Source: Selaginella moellendorffii
Lineage: Eukaryota; Plantae; Lycopodiophyta
Reading direction: 5' to 3'
Assembly (NCBI RefSeq): GCF_000143415.4
Contig: NW_003314266.1
Coordinates: 1,510,463 to 1,574,462, forward strand
Length of the DNA stretch: 64,000 nucleotides
In this document: in pieces, positions 23,501 through 35,666 of the stretch
How positions within the stretch are numbered: position 1 is the first letter of the stretch
Layout: each line of letters opens with the position of its first letter
Program-made: the position numbers and the translations under genes
Notes under the pieces: model-generated
Databases searched by the model: none
Seen by the model: only the letters and a program-made list of their open reading frames with translations
What the model was told of the DNA's origin: nothing

Positions 23501-25900
23501 GAAGCATTGAATATCATTCACACACTTTAGAGTTTAGCCATAAACTTTTCAAGATTAACTTACAAGCTTTTATGAAAAATATGGTACCTAAGATAAGTTG
23601 TATCCTTAGACCCAAATACACACTTTGACCACTTTAATTTTAAACCAGCTTTCTACAGTCGATCCAACACCTTATAAACATCACAAATATTTTTTTTTCA
23701 CATCCCTTCTAAGTGGATCAAAACATCATTAATGAAGTCAATAATCACCTTCAATATATTATAAAAAACCTTATCCATCATCTACTAAAAAGTTGCTAAA
23801 ACATTCTTTAAACTGAATGGCATCATCAAGAAATCATACAAATCAAATGGTGTACCTTATTTTATGACAAAGTGTAGCGCATGTGATCATAGGATGAGAT
23901 TTGAATATACTGTCACCGTGGATCCTTGGAACCTTGGGGGATAAATGAGGATAAAATAGCCACTAAGGGCTCTCTCATCAAGCAATTGCCCCTTTTCCAG
24001 TTGGCTTAAGGGGAGAGAGATAAGGTGCGTTACACAAAGCCTGATGGGTGTATTGATTTCTACATCAACTATCATCTGTTAAATAAAGTGATTATCTTAG
24101 ATGTGTACACTCTTCTTTACACTACTAATCTTTTAGATCGTCTAAGGAGAAGTTATTGGATCTTGCCTCTGGGTATTTGCAACTATTAATGGCTGAAGAG
24201 AATATTCCCAAGACTACTTTTGATTCACATGCCTAAGGACTATAACTTTTGAATGACACCCTTTTATAACATCTCCTTGATGTTTGCATATAAAATCTTA
24301 ACCTCTTTTGGTGATTGACGACAAATAAAAACCTTGATTAGGTGAGCATCCCTAATGTGTTACAATTTTTGCCCCAGACAACAAGTCAAATTTGAAAAGA
24401 TTGGCATACTCCTTCATGAGCCAGTCAACCACTGCAACATAGAGATCCTCAAAGGGATCTGAAAAAGGAATAAAGGAACAAGACAAATAAGAGGAAGTAA
24501 TGGGGAGACAAAAGTGAAAGTACAAGTAATAGCAAAGAGAAGAAGAGTAACAAAAGTGAGAGGAATGGAAAAAATATAAAGAAGTATAAAACATAAAAAA
24601 AAAGCTTCAAAGTTATACTTGGCATGATTACGTTGCTACAAATTTATACAAAAAATAAGGCAAAAAGCTTGATTTGGCACCACAACTAATACTCAAAATC
24701 AAAATTGCTCATATGCACAATTAAGTCCATCTCATCCCGTGCATATGTGCATGTATGGCTATTGTTATAAAGGATGAAAACTGATTCTGTTGCACAATGC
24801 AAATATAGACAGTAACGTGTGGTAACAAACTAAGCAATAAAAAATAAACTTAAGTCTATATTAACCAATATGGAAAGAATAATAAAAAACCTTTTATTAT
24901 AAAAACTAGCTTGGAAAGTAAACACTTGATGAATTGATATTGAGTGAACTTCTTTATGCTACTCCCGAAAGAAGGATGGAAGGTCATTAGAGGGGACTTA
25001 TTCACACAATGACCCCCCATTACTTGTGCGACTCTGTTTTCTGGAAGCATCTTGGTGTCTAGACCTTCCACTGTAGGAACACAAGTAAGACATTGACACC
25101 AAAGTCTTTTCACCTAAGAAATGAAGGATATCAATCTAGAAAATACTAATAAAACTAATACATATGATCAAACCCATCACACTTTAATAGTGAATATTGC
25201 GACCATAACCACATCCTCACCCTTGTCTTTGAACTCAAGCAGCAGTAGCATCAACCTCTATTAAAACATAACCATCTCCTATAGAGGAGCTGAAGGATGT
25301 GCAATGAAAAGTGGAATAGGCAATATTTCATTATATTGTGCTAAGTGAAAAGTATTGTCAAGGGTGGCTAGAGCAAGTGCATATACAAATCTTACAAAAT
25401 TTTAAACAAAGTGTTGCCCATAACATTTTTAATTTGATTCGCTCTGATATATTTAACTCCACATAAAGCAAGAGGCTCTAGAAATGAACGCCAAATTGTA
25501 TCACTAACTCAAATAACCCTTGATAAAAATGATGCAATTGTTAAAAGGCATTATCATAATTATATGCATATCTAAATATACATTTGAAGATATCTAAGAA
25601 AATGCTCCAATCTACACAAATAGCTGTGCTTAAACCATTATACCACTATAATGTCGTCCCTTGGAGACACATTAGCATCATCCTAAGAATGATATATGAC
25701 AATTACCATAAAATGATAAAACCAATGATACACATCATCCTCAGGATTCCCACAAAAAAACTTTAGCCAAATGTGAGGATTGGCAGCAAAAGTAGGAGTT
25801 GTATCATGCACCATAAATACTACCATCAATTAAATTTGATTGTTCAACTACAATTGCATAGCATCGAGTAATAGATTTAAACAATGCAAAAGCTAAATTT
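20500..25900. mobile_element. Nest of decayed Ty3/gypsy-like retrotransposon fragments (RT and integrase remnants, both orientations)
   Basis: Broken motifs: minus strand HP*VNGLV (integrase HPQxNG-like, ~21230) and YDFLMMPFSLKNVLATF (RT, ~23790-23850); plus strand YINYHLLNKV...DLASGYLQL..ENIPKTTF (RT, ~24060-24225); many stops and frameshifts. Confidence 0.75.
21321..23335. repeat. Diverged ~0.9-kb direct duplication (21321-22215 vs 22419-23335) inside the retroelement debris
   Basis: Collinear shared blocks: ctttagacaggattg, agtagttgcaga, gtccccacaaaataaagaag, caatgaacaac.tcaaaattatat, cttcaataatgaagtaacta. Confidence 0.85.
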
Positions 25901-27018
25901 AAACCAAAATCCCAAATCCAAACACTCTTTAGAAACAATTAAAATTACCTCTTATCTTCACTATGTGAGTGCATAAAATATAGAAATAGAATACAAAAAT
26001 ATATATATTAATTTAGTTTATATATAGGAGCAAGTGGTTTAAATTGAAACCAATCTTATGGATATCAAAATCTCACTATACTAATATTAATGTAAGGCCA
26101 TTAATATTAATATATGGCATTATAGCCATACACTTGGACCTCACATATACTAATAATAATAAATTATAATTATCTAATTTTTAAAAATATAGTCTAAAGG
26201 GGAAGATATTAAATGTTAATTAATATAATTATTTTAAAATTTACATATATTCAATAACTATGTGATAAAAAAATTGGCATTTATAAATGAGTTTTTAACA
26301 CTTTTTAGTGATTATAATTTATCTATTACCAATTAATTTTAGGCTGTCACTAATTTTAATTGCAACTCACTCAAAATAAAATATATAACTTTAATTTTAA
26401 AACATTGATTATTAGAATGTAAATAAATATTAAAAAAATTATAATAATAAAATCATCCCATTATCTTTAATATATTTGAATATCATTGCCTTATATATAT
26501 TTTTATATAAAAATATTTAATATATAATTATTACTGATATTAAAAATTTTGCTATAAATGAATAAATATTTAAAATTGAAAATTTTAAGATTTATAAAAG
26601 TTCAATTATCTTATCTTATTAATCTTAATTTAGCTTTATTGGAATATAATCTAGATAAAATAATTCTGTATAATAAGTTAGTTAAAAGTTAGTAACTTTC
26701 TTTTCCATTCTTAACATATATTACATCTGAATAATTTGTGAATGGGTATAATAGCCAATGGAGAAGCATCTAAGTGAGTCATTAATAGGTTAAAGGAGGA
26801 TCAAAAAAATCAAGTTTTGGAGGAGAATATGGTGCAATACATCACATAAAATTTAAAATTTTACAATGACATTTGTAAAATAATATATTTTATCTTTACA
26901 TAGGAAGTCCCTTCAAAATCTAGAGCTCTTTATGATAAAATATATTTTACTACATAACAAATTAAGAAATGCTAGCATTTGCAAAGTGTCAATAGTTATA
27001 ACTATGAGGAATTTGAAA

Positions 27019-27285
27019 CCAAGTAGTGTAACCTTCCTCCACACTCTTGGCGTGTGCTGCCATGCTGGTGTTATGCAGGAGGCGAGGGAAGATTTTCCAA
27101 AACATGAGTAGTAACTATAAAATAAACACAGATGACCTTTATAGTGGATTGCTGGGGAGAGGCAACATTTGCCATGGTGGCAAGCATGCCTTTCCTGCTT
27201 GACTCAAAAAAGAGTGGATGCCTCTCTAATTGTCAAAAGTGGAACAATAAAATTGTGTTTGATTCTCTGAAGGACATTGAAGATG
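27019..27285 (+). pseudogene. Decayed PPR E-domain fragment, inverted relative to the adjacent PPR gene
   Basis: gtaaccttcctccacactcttggcgtgtgctgccatgc...ctggggagaggcaac...tttgattctctgaagga aligns with the gene's VTFLHALGVCCHAG...LLGRGN...FDSLKE; frameshifts and deletions. Confidence 0.85.
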
Positions 27286-27595
27286 TTTCCTACTAAGGTG
27301 TGAATATTTTTTAACTAAGTATTAAAGTAGACAAAATTAGTTAAAGACTGAAGGTTAGAAATTTGGCCATCTTCAATAACACTACCTCTGCAATAATCTT
27401 GCAACATATTTTGATTTTGTAAGGATTAATATTACTCCTACAAAGTCATTATTAAATCAAAAGTGGTGTCATTCTAATCATGACTATCTAATTACAAGAT
27501 TTTAAACTGCTTACAAAAACAATCCGTCCGCTCTTTGCAAAATGAAAGATGCAATAATTATTAACAGTATATTGATAAATAAATCCTCTCTTTTT

Positions 27596-30500
27596 TTAAG
27601 TTTCAAAATTCAATGCACTCGAAGTATAAAGATTGGCCATCAAAATGTAGGCAGCACAGTCCTCATCCTCCATCTCCTTGAGAGAATCAAAAGCAACCTT
27701 GGCAAACTCCACATTGCCCCACTTGTGACAATTCCCCAAGAACGTCATCCACACCTTTGCGTCGGGCTGGAAAGGCATGCCCGCCACCATCGCAAACGCC
27801 TCCTCGAGATGGTTGCCTCTCCCCAGCAAATCTACCATGCAAGTGTAATGCTCCATCCGCGCCTCCATTCCATAGTCACAGCTCATGCTCTGGAAGATCT
27901 CCCTCGCCTCCTCCACAAGCCCGGCATGGCAGCACACCCCAAGAGCGTGGAGGAAAGTTACACCGCTCGGTTGGATTCGCTCCCTTTTCATGGATTCCAA
28001 GAGCCCAAAAACGCTTGGAGCGTCACCCTGGCGAGTAAATCCAGCAATCAAAGCGTTCCAAGCCACCACCTCCTTGGTTTTCATGGAGTCGAAAACTTGC
28101 TTGGCTTCGTGCATGGCTCCACACTTTCCATAGAGATCGATGAGCGAGTTTGCCACCTGGTGTTCTAGCAATGATCCGGAGGAATCGAGAACTTGGCGAT
28201 GGATACATTGTCCTATTTCCAAGTTGGACGAGGAGACGCAAGCCTTGAGCGCTGCTACGAAAGTGGCCGAGTTTGGACGACACTGATCGACGTGGTGTTC
28301 TTGTTGCATCAACGCGAAGAGTCCGAGAGCTCGCGAGGATTGATCGGTTAGTGCGTAGCCGAGTATGAGAGCGCTCCATGAAACTACGTCCCGCTGGAGC
28401 ATTCTATCAAAGGCTCGCTGGGATCCAGGCATGAATCCACACTTTGCGTACATGTCCACCAGCGTGTTCCCGAGATAAGTATCCAAGTTCTTGTGATCTT
28501 CCTCGAGCTGCGAGTGGATTTCCAGGCCTCTACTCAGCGCATTCTTCTTGACGAGCAGAGCTGGAGGATCTGAAAGAGATACTCTCGTCCCGGTCTCCAT
28601 AGCTGCGAGGTTCGAGCAAGCGTTTAGAGCAGCAATGTATGTCCTAGAGTCGGGAGTGAATCCTTCCTGCCGCATTGCCGCGAAGAGCTTGAGCGCTTGC
28701 TCACCATCCTGTGCTTGCGAGTATCCCATTATCAGCGTCGTCCAAGAAACCACGTCCTTGATCGCCATTCTCTCGAAAGCTTGCCTCGCGAGAGCCATGC
28801 TACCACACTTAGCATACATGTCCACGAGAGCGCTTCCCACGAAAACATCCTCCTCGACTTCCCGGCCGAGCGTTTCCTCGAGTTCGCTGTGAAGAGAAAC
28901 TCCTGTCGAGAGAAAAGCTCTCCCCGAGAAGTTGGAGAACTCTTCTTCAATTGAGAAAGTTTTAGTTCGCTCGCCTGGATGATCGTCGATCTTGTTTCTT
29001 TCCTGCTCTCCAAGGACGCCGCAAGCGGTGAAAGCCGCGATGAAAGTTCTCGAGTCCGGAACGAACCCCTCGAGCTTCATCTGCTGGAAGAGGCCGAGAG
29101 CTCGCTCCGGCTGGCCGCACTGCGAGCTTCCCATGATGATCGAGTTCCAGGAGACGATGGTTTGCTGCGGGATGCTGTCGAAGAGCTGCCACGCCGAAAG
29201 GATCCTCGCGAACTTCGCGTACATGTCGAGCAGCGTATTTGTAACCGACGCTTTCAGCTGAAAACCATCACTCCTCAAGACTTTCCCGTGAAATATCCTT
29301 CCCTGTTCAAGCCAACGAGCCTCTCTCGACGACGATCCCAGGGACACGCAAGCTTTGATCGCAGCGATCAAAGTCACGGCATCCGGCTCCAGCTTTTCTC
29401 TCAGCATTCCAGCGTAAAGATCCAGAGCTTCTTCGCCATGGCCGTTTAGAGCGTATCCCATGATGAGAGCGTTCCAGGAGACGACGTTGCGGGCTCTAAT
29501 CTCCTCGAAAACTCCCCGAGCAGCAACCATGGTTCCACACTTTGCGTAGAAATCCACCAGAGTGTTCTCCAAGAACACGTCCGAGTCGACGCCTCGCTGC
29601 CTGGCTCGCGAGTGAATCCGCGAGCCTCGCTCCAAAGCAAGTTTTCTTCGATCGACCTCTCTTGCGAGGCTTGAGCAAGCAGTGACAGCGGCGGCGTAAG
29701 CTCGAGCGTCGAGAAGAAGGCCACCATCGTTTTCCATCTCTTGGAAAAGTTCCAGAGCTTTCTCCGCGTCTTTCCTGTGGATGTGTCCCAAGATCATGGA
29801 AGTCCACGAGACGACGTCGCGACGGATCATCCCGTGGAAAACCACGCTCGCTTCTTCCATGCTTCCACACTTGGCGTAAAAGTTGACGAGGCTGTTCTCC
29901 AAGTTCATATCCATCGCCGTTGCTCGAGCAAAGCTGTGAAGAACTCTCCCTCGCTCCAGCCATGGTATTTTCTTGCCGCCACCTGCCTCTCTTTCTTTCC
30001 CAGCGACGTTGGCGAAGCAATTCAAAGCAGCGATCAGAGCTGGAGGCTGTGGATCGATGCCTTTGTCGATCATGCGAACGAGGAGCTGGAACACGAGCTC
30101 TCCCTCGCAGCACTGCGAGTATCCGATGATCATGGAGCTCCAAATCGCTGCGTCGCGGCAGGACCCGATGGCGGACTCAAAGATCCTGCGAGCTTCCACT
30201 GTTCTTCCAAACTTGGCCAGCATCTCTATCAGAGCTCTCGCGACGCAAGCGTCCAGATCGATCGCAGCTCTCTGGAACTGCGAGTAAACCTCCAGTCCTC
30301 GTTGATCGTCCTCCAAACTCGAGCAAGCTGTGAAGGCCCCGGCATAAGTTCGCGAAGTTGGCTTGATAGATCCTTCTTTTTCCATCCGAGAGAAGATCTC
30401 GAGGGCCAGCGCTGCTTGTCCGCTCGATGCAAACCCCTGGATGATCGAGTTCCAAGTCACCTCGTCCTTCACTTCCATCCTCTTGAAGATCTCGCGAGCT

Positions 30501-31513
30501 TCTTGGACCGATCCACACTTCGCGTACGCGTCAAGCAACGAGTTTCCGACGAACAAGTCGAGCTCGCAGCCACTTCTTCGCGCTTGAGCCTGGATTTTCT
30601 TCACAGAATCCACACGACGATCACTCAAGCTGGAGCAAGCCTTGATAGCAGCGACGAAAGTCCGTGAGCTCGGCATGAATCCCTCCTCTTGCATGCGATC
30701 AAACAGCTCCAACCCACTTCCACCCTGCCCGCTCTGCGCCAGTCCCAGGATCATCGAGTTCCACACCACCTCGTCTCGAGAGCTATCCATCTTCTCGAAA
30801 ACTTTCGTGGCCTCGCCAATGCTTCCACACTTGATGTACATATCCACGAGCGAGCTGGCGACGAAAGTGTGTCTCTCGAGCCCGGCCTTGGTGATCTCTT
30901 CATGCAAAACTCTTCCTCGATCCAAGCTTGAAACCTTGACGAGAACTCCAAGTCCATCGATCTTGAATCCCTGTTCTTGAGCTGCCAAGCTCGAGCAGGC
31001 TTTGAGAGCCGCCACGAAAGTCCGAGAGTCCGCCGACAAGATCTTCTCCTCTCGCAAGCGCGCGAAGAGATCCAAAGCTTGCGAGCTTTCCCCGTTAACA
31101 ACACACCCCATGATGATCGAGTTCCAAGAGACCAAGCTGCGATGGACCATGCTCTCGAAGATCTTCCTGGCCTCCACCAAGCTTCCACACTTGGAGTACA
31201 TATCCACCAGGCTGTTTGATACGCAAATGCTGGCTGCGGCATCGCGGTTCTTGCAGCTCCAAAAGGAAGAGATATTTTTCTCCGCTGGTAAATCTCTAGA
31301 ACTCTGAGAACTTTCTTCTCCGGCGTTTTGATCGCCTTGAAGCTCGGCATGGATCTTCTTTCCGGCTTGTAAATCCCTGGATACGGCGCAGGCCTTGAGA
31401 GCAGCGACGAGGATGGACACGCTTGGCCTTAGCTTACCTTGTCGTGCTTTCTCATAGTTTCTGAGAGCTTCCTTGGCATCGAATACCGGCCGCTTACCTC
31501 TTGGCTGTGCCAC
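27596..31513 (-). CDS. Large intronless PLS-E class PPR protein (~1300 aa); start codon uncertain
   Basis: Repeating P-L-S triplets (SLVDMYxKCGS / VSWNSIIMG / TFVAALKAC), ending HYTCMVDLLGRG...WMTFLGNC...AYILMANLY. ORF opens at GTG 31513 with no in-frame ATG until ~aa 104. Confidence 0.9.
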   Translation of the reverse strand: MAQPRGKRPVFDAKEALRNYEKARQGKLRPSVSILVAALKACAVSRDLQAGKKIHAELQGDQNAGEESSQSSRDLPAEKNISSFWSCKNRDAAASICVSNSLVDMYSKCGSLVEARKIFESMVHRSLVSWNSIIMGCVVNGESSQALDLFARLREEKILSADSRTFVAALKACSSLAAQEQGFKIDGLGVLVKVSSLDRGRVLHEEITKAGLERHTFVASSLVDMYIKCGSIGEATKVFEKMDSSRDEVVWNSMILGLAQSGQGGSGLELFDRMQEEGFMPSSRTFVAAIKACSSLSDRRVDSVKKIQAQARRSGCELDLFVGNSLLDAYAKCGSVQEAREIFKRMEVKDEVTWNSIIQGFASSGQAALALEIFSRMEKEGSIKPTSRTYAGAFTACSSLEDDQRGLEVYSQFQRAAIDLDACVARALIEMLAKFGRTVEARRIFESAIGSCRDAAIWSSMIIGYSQCCEGELVFQLLVRMIDKGIDPQPPALIAALNCFANVAGKEREAGGGKKIPWLERGRVLHSFARATAMDMNLENSLVNFYAKCGSMEEASVVFHGMIRRDVVSWTSMILGHIHRKDAEKALELFQEMENDGGLLLDARAYAAAVTACSSLAREVDRRKLALERGSRIHSRARQRGVDSDVFLENTLVDFYAKCGTMVAARGVFEEIRARNVVSWNALIMGYALNGHGEEALDLYAGMLREKLEPDAVTLIAAIKACVSLGSSSREARWLEQGRIFHGKVLRSDGFQLKASVTNTLLDMYAKFARILSAWQLFDSIPQQTIVSWNSIIMGSSQCGQPERALGLFQQMKLEGFVPDSRTFIAAFTACGVLGEQERNKIDDHPGERTKTFSIEEEFSNFSGRAFLSTGVSLHSELEETLGREVEEDVFVGSALVDMYAKCGSMALARQAFERMAIKDVVSWTTLIMGYSQAQDGEQALKLFAAMRQEGFTPDSRTYIAALNACSNLAAMETGTRVSLSDPPALLVKKNALSRGLEIHSQLEEDHKNLDTYLGNTLVDMYAKCGFMPGSQRAFDRMLQRDVVSWSALILGYALTDQSSRALGLFALMQQEHHVDQCRPNSATFVAALKACVSSSNLEIGQCIHRQVLDSSGSLLEHQVANSLIDLYGKCGAMHEAKQVFDSMKTKEVVAWNALIAGFTRQGDAPSVFGLLESMKRERIQPSGVTFLHALGVCCHAGLVEEAREIFQSMSCDYGMEARMEHYTCMVDLLGRGNHLEEAFAMVAGMPFQPDAKVWMTFLGNCHKWGNVEFAKVAFDSLKEMEDEDCAAYILMANLYTSSALNFET

Positions 31514-32599
31514 ATTCCTGTTTCTATCGCTTTCGATCGCGCTACCCTAAGCGACCTGTTTTAGGGTTCTTCCGCAATATAGGGGTTTATAGCTTGCCCT
31601 TGAGAGAATGAGCATTGTGAAAGAAGTATCGCTTGCCCCTGGAAAGATTTGCAAATCCTTCTTGTGTTCCTTCCTCAATTCATGGGTGTAGCTTTAGTGC
31701 TCATCATCGGTCGGTCTCGAGCGTTCGATTTATGCTAAGAGTTGTGAGTGCCCTTTTGATTTCAGCGCATACTAACACCGATCGCTGCTTCAGTTGCTGC
31801 AAACTGGATTGGACAGCCGGCAATAGATTCCTTCCTCCAAAAGCTGCCGGAAAGGATTTGCATCCACTGTGCGAGAGGAACAAAAACTTTGGAAGTTCAA
31901 GCGTAGAGGACGATGGCCTGTAGCAGTGTTGGCGTTGTTGGTAGCGTTCTGTGGTGGCGGTGGGGCTGTCAAGTTACACACAGGCTTTAGCGTTAAGGTG
32001 ACACAGCAATTGGATCACTCTCAGAGATTGAGAATGCGACACACAAGTCTTGGCAGTGAGCGTGCTTCAAATGCTTTGCGCCACCATTACGTGGATCGCT
32101 TGCGCTGGATCTCCTCGGATCTCCAACAAACTCTAGAACTTGTCGCTTACCACTTCATGAATTATTGCTTGCATCAAATAAAAGAGTGGCTTTACTATTT
32201 CTTCTCTCTCTAAAAGCTATGGGCGCTGGGTGCTGGGCTCCTAGACGATGTGGTATGGTGAGGAGCGAAGTGGGGCTATGGCGGCGAAGCGTTTTTCTCT
32301 CAGTGAAGATTTGGATGTCTTGTGTTGATGGATATGGCGTCATTGTGCTCCTATGGGTACCTCTCTTTAGCGAGAAGCTGGAAAGCGCATCTCTTGACGG
32401 ATGGGTATGGCGATTTCTCTCGGTGAGGAGCTGGATACGCGTTGTGTGGGGAGTCCGCACAAGGAAAATTTCAAATCGCCAATGAACCGGCGTCGATTAC
32501 CAGCAACGAGTGCAGCCCTATCACAGCCAATACTAGCCACCACCTCAAGTCACAGGGTTGGCCATGGTAGGGTAGCGTTTACAAACACGATTGCAAGAG

Positions 32600-34371
32600 T
32601 GTCACAAAGCCATTAACTTCTCCTCAGGGGCATCCTCATCCCGCCACCCCAGGCATGCCACTACAAACCATGACCCCAAACTCCATTGAACATTCCATGA
32701 CCAGCGCCACTCCACCACTGCTACAAGAACATTGCACAACTTTCATCATCAACCCTCAGCCTATGCAAGCTACACCATTGAGCATTTTTGTGACCACTTT
32801 TGCAGAACTTTTCACATCTGCTAGAAAACGATTGCTCCATCCACAATCACTACATGAGAATGAGCATCTCGGAGCACTCATATCTGCTGGTATGTGAAGC
32901 CTTACCTAGGGAACAACGGCTTCACTCACTTTGGACGAGCGGATTCGTGAGACATCACCAATCTCACTTACTAAACCTGTAACATGTACTGATAGTTCTT
33001 GAATTGCTCCACAAAGCCAAGCATACTGGACTATACATGTCTTGGTCTTTCAAGTGTTGCAAACTCTGTCTTGGACTTTTCTCTTTGCTGCATCCACCAG
33101 TAAAGCTCAACCTTTGCAACATTGTAAACTTGTTGTAAGTCTTGGTACTGAAGAGTGGCTTGAATAGAGTGGTCGAGGAGGATCCCCACACCACAACCAC
33201 TTCAGTGTCATATTGGGAAGAGCTGAACTGGGACAACAAAGCTAGTGAGGCTTCACTAGCTCTCCATTGGGACTATGTGGTCCTAGGAACTATATGCGAG
33301 TGGTTAAAAGCCCTCCATGACAACCAATCTTTACATACTCAATGGGATTCACATGCCAAACATGTGAATGATCGAAGCAGGAATAGAATATCATCTCATC
33401 TGCTGGTCGGACGAGAATATATAGTGTAGATCACAGACATCGACCTTTGAACCACCCCAATCGTTGCACAATTGCAGCCATAGCGAGACGATAATGAGGA
33501 CGCAACCTGAGCAGCAGCCAAGCCACCGAACCCAAGAGAATGAATCAGCTGGAATAACCTCACGGATGCTCTCCATGGTGGGGACCATGCCAAGAAGCCC
33601 CATCTCGAAGGTCGGCTCGCCAAAACACCTAACCACCACCTGGATCATCTCAAAGACTTGGGGCCCTGGACATCACCCCGACAGTGAGGCACAGGATCTT
33701 TCAAAACATCAACTGTATGTCAAAATCGCTGTGCTGCCACTCGAGACTGGATACCTGGCTTCCATAGTCAGCATGTAGCCTTGCTGATTTCTTGTGCACC
33801 ATAGTAGAGAGGCTGCAGCATCTAATCCCAAGTCCATATGCTAAGAGCAGAGTCTTCTCAAGGTTTACTGTCCATTGCATTCAGTTGACATCTGAACCAA
33901 CCGTGAAACTCTGGGACCATATCCCAATATCCTAAATTCAGGCACTGTGGACAATTCCATCCCTAGATATGCTTTTTTTCCAGATGCCTGGATTGGTTGC
34001 TTTGAAAGGTAGACTCTGCCCGACTGGGGCTCCAGGCAATGCACCTACTAGCCTGATACCATGGTTGGAGCGTCAATTGCCCCTCTCTCCCCTTTCCATG
34101 GATTTCTCTCCAACGCCACGCATGCAGCGCTCACGGCATATCTATCTCATGCCAACTGCCAGAGTTCCCATTTCAGTAAGCAGGGGGCACAAGACTTCCA
34201 GCCGTGGTCCCATGCCCCACTGGCGCTTCTTCAACTTCTAATGCTATGACACGTAAAGCGTGCGTAAGAAGTTCTAGACCACATCTCACGTTCCATTATA
34301 TCTCACGTTCTCACGTTCTCACGCTCATCTCGCGTTCCATTATATAATGCCCGTGCTTAAGGGGTCTTACA
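32600..34371 (-). mobile_element. Probable heavily decayed LTR retrotransposon
   Basis: Minus strand begins TGTAAGACCCC at 34371 (gypsy-like LTR start) with internal TCTCACGTT microrepeats; ALWSNSRT resembles the integrase ALWAYRT motif; no intact ORF. Confidence 0.35.
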
Positions 34372-34701
34372 ATTGACAGGGATTGACAGCGTAGTGTGCT
34401 TTTACTGGCACGGTAGTCAAGATAAGTATAAGATTAATTATAAGATTAACCATATTATATTACAATATATTATTATGATTATATGCCAAAGGAATTTAAA
34501 TATGTAATTACTATAAGAAAATAATTCGGGATTGTCAACTTGATCACTCTTGCTGAGAGCATGCTTTACGCAGCGGCCTTCGTTACTGCTGGCCCGCAAA
34601 ATTTTGGTGGAGTCCCAGTTTTCTTTCGATTCCGTGTATATAAGCAGCAAATCCAAAACACCAAGCCATCATCTTCTCTTATTCTCTCTCGATTCCCATC
34701 C

Positions 34702-34926
34702 ATGGCTTTTGCAAGGTCCGTTCTGCTCATGCTCCTGGTGCTCGCCATGGTTGCGACACTTGCTCCCGCGCAGCCGTGCTCCCTACGCGATCCCGAGGGC
34801 ATTCTGAGGTGCATCAGAAGAGCTATGGGCGATCCAACCAAAATCGCAGAGTGCTGCAGTCACTTGCTGCCCATTTGCGTTTGCAAACCCGCGGTGAAAC
34901 AACTCTTCCCTCAGTGCTGCCCTTGA
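34702..34926 (+). CDS. Small secreted 8-Cys (nsLTP/prolamin-like) peptide, 74 aa
   Basis: TATA (tatataag, ~34637); signal peptide MAFARSVLLMLLVLAMVATLAPA; C-x10-C-x13-CC-x6-CxC-x10-CC; probable 3'UTR intron at 34943-34998. Confidence 0.8.
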   Translation: MAFARSVLLMLLVLAMVATLAPAQPCSLRDPEGILRCIRRAMGDPTKIAECCSHLLPICVCKPAVKQLFPQCCP

Positions 34927-35666
34927 GCTTCAACGTTCAAAGGTTATAATCTTTCTCTTTTTTCTTCTCACGCTTCTCTCATGATTTGTTTGCTCCAGGG
35001 AAAAGGAGCGCAGCTGCAATGCAAGTATATGTACTCCTGGGGACTCGAAATGAAGCAATAATAATCTATATCAATGTTCTTATTGATTATGTTTGTAACT
35101 TAGAAATGCAACAACAACGCTTAAACTTGCACTTTTGCGTTTATAAGTCTGCAACAGCATGCCGCTCTCGCAATCCATCATGGCCAAAATGGAGAAGTCA
35201 TCTGGCAAGTGCTGCACCGCGAGTCTGCCTCCGCAAGAATGACTGTTTTGTTCATTCTAGAAAAATGCAAGAGTGTGCAAGACGGTTGACGGCTGAGGGC
35301 CTTCCGGAATAGCTCCTCTTCATCACGTAGTCTAAACGCTCACTCTTTATTTGCTTCGCTGCTTTGGCTTACAACACTGCCTGCTGATTCTCACTTTGAC
35401 GAGTCTTCTTTGATCCGACTATCAGGTCTCGCCTTCCAGCACTTCCACTGCCTTCTCTCTTTCTCTACTAAGGGAGAGAAAAAATGAAAGCGGAGAGCGA
35501 GAAGCCTGTCATTCACATGTAAAGCTCGCATGAATGCCTTACCATACACATATCTTACGGGGATTGAGAGCTCTGACACTATCTGTAGCAGTGACTGTGC
35601 GTTGTGACCATCTTATTTAGTCACGAGTTTATTCTCCGTGACCACCGTGCAAACAAGGTTGGCATA

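Noticed and set aside
31633-32485. ORFs upstream of the large PPR, one with a signal-peptide-like stretch
   Set aside because: No conserved domain, non-ATG starts and no supportable exon chain.
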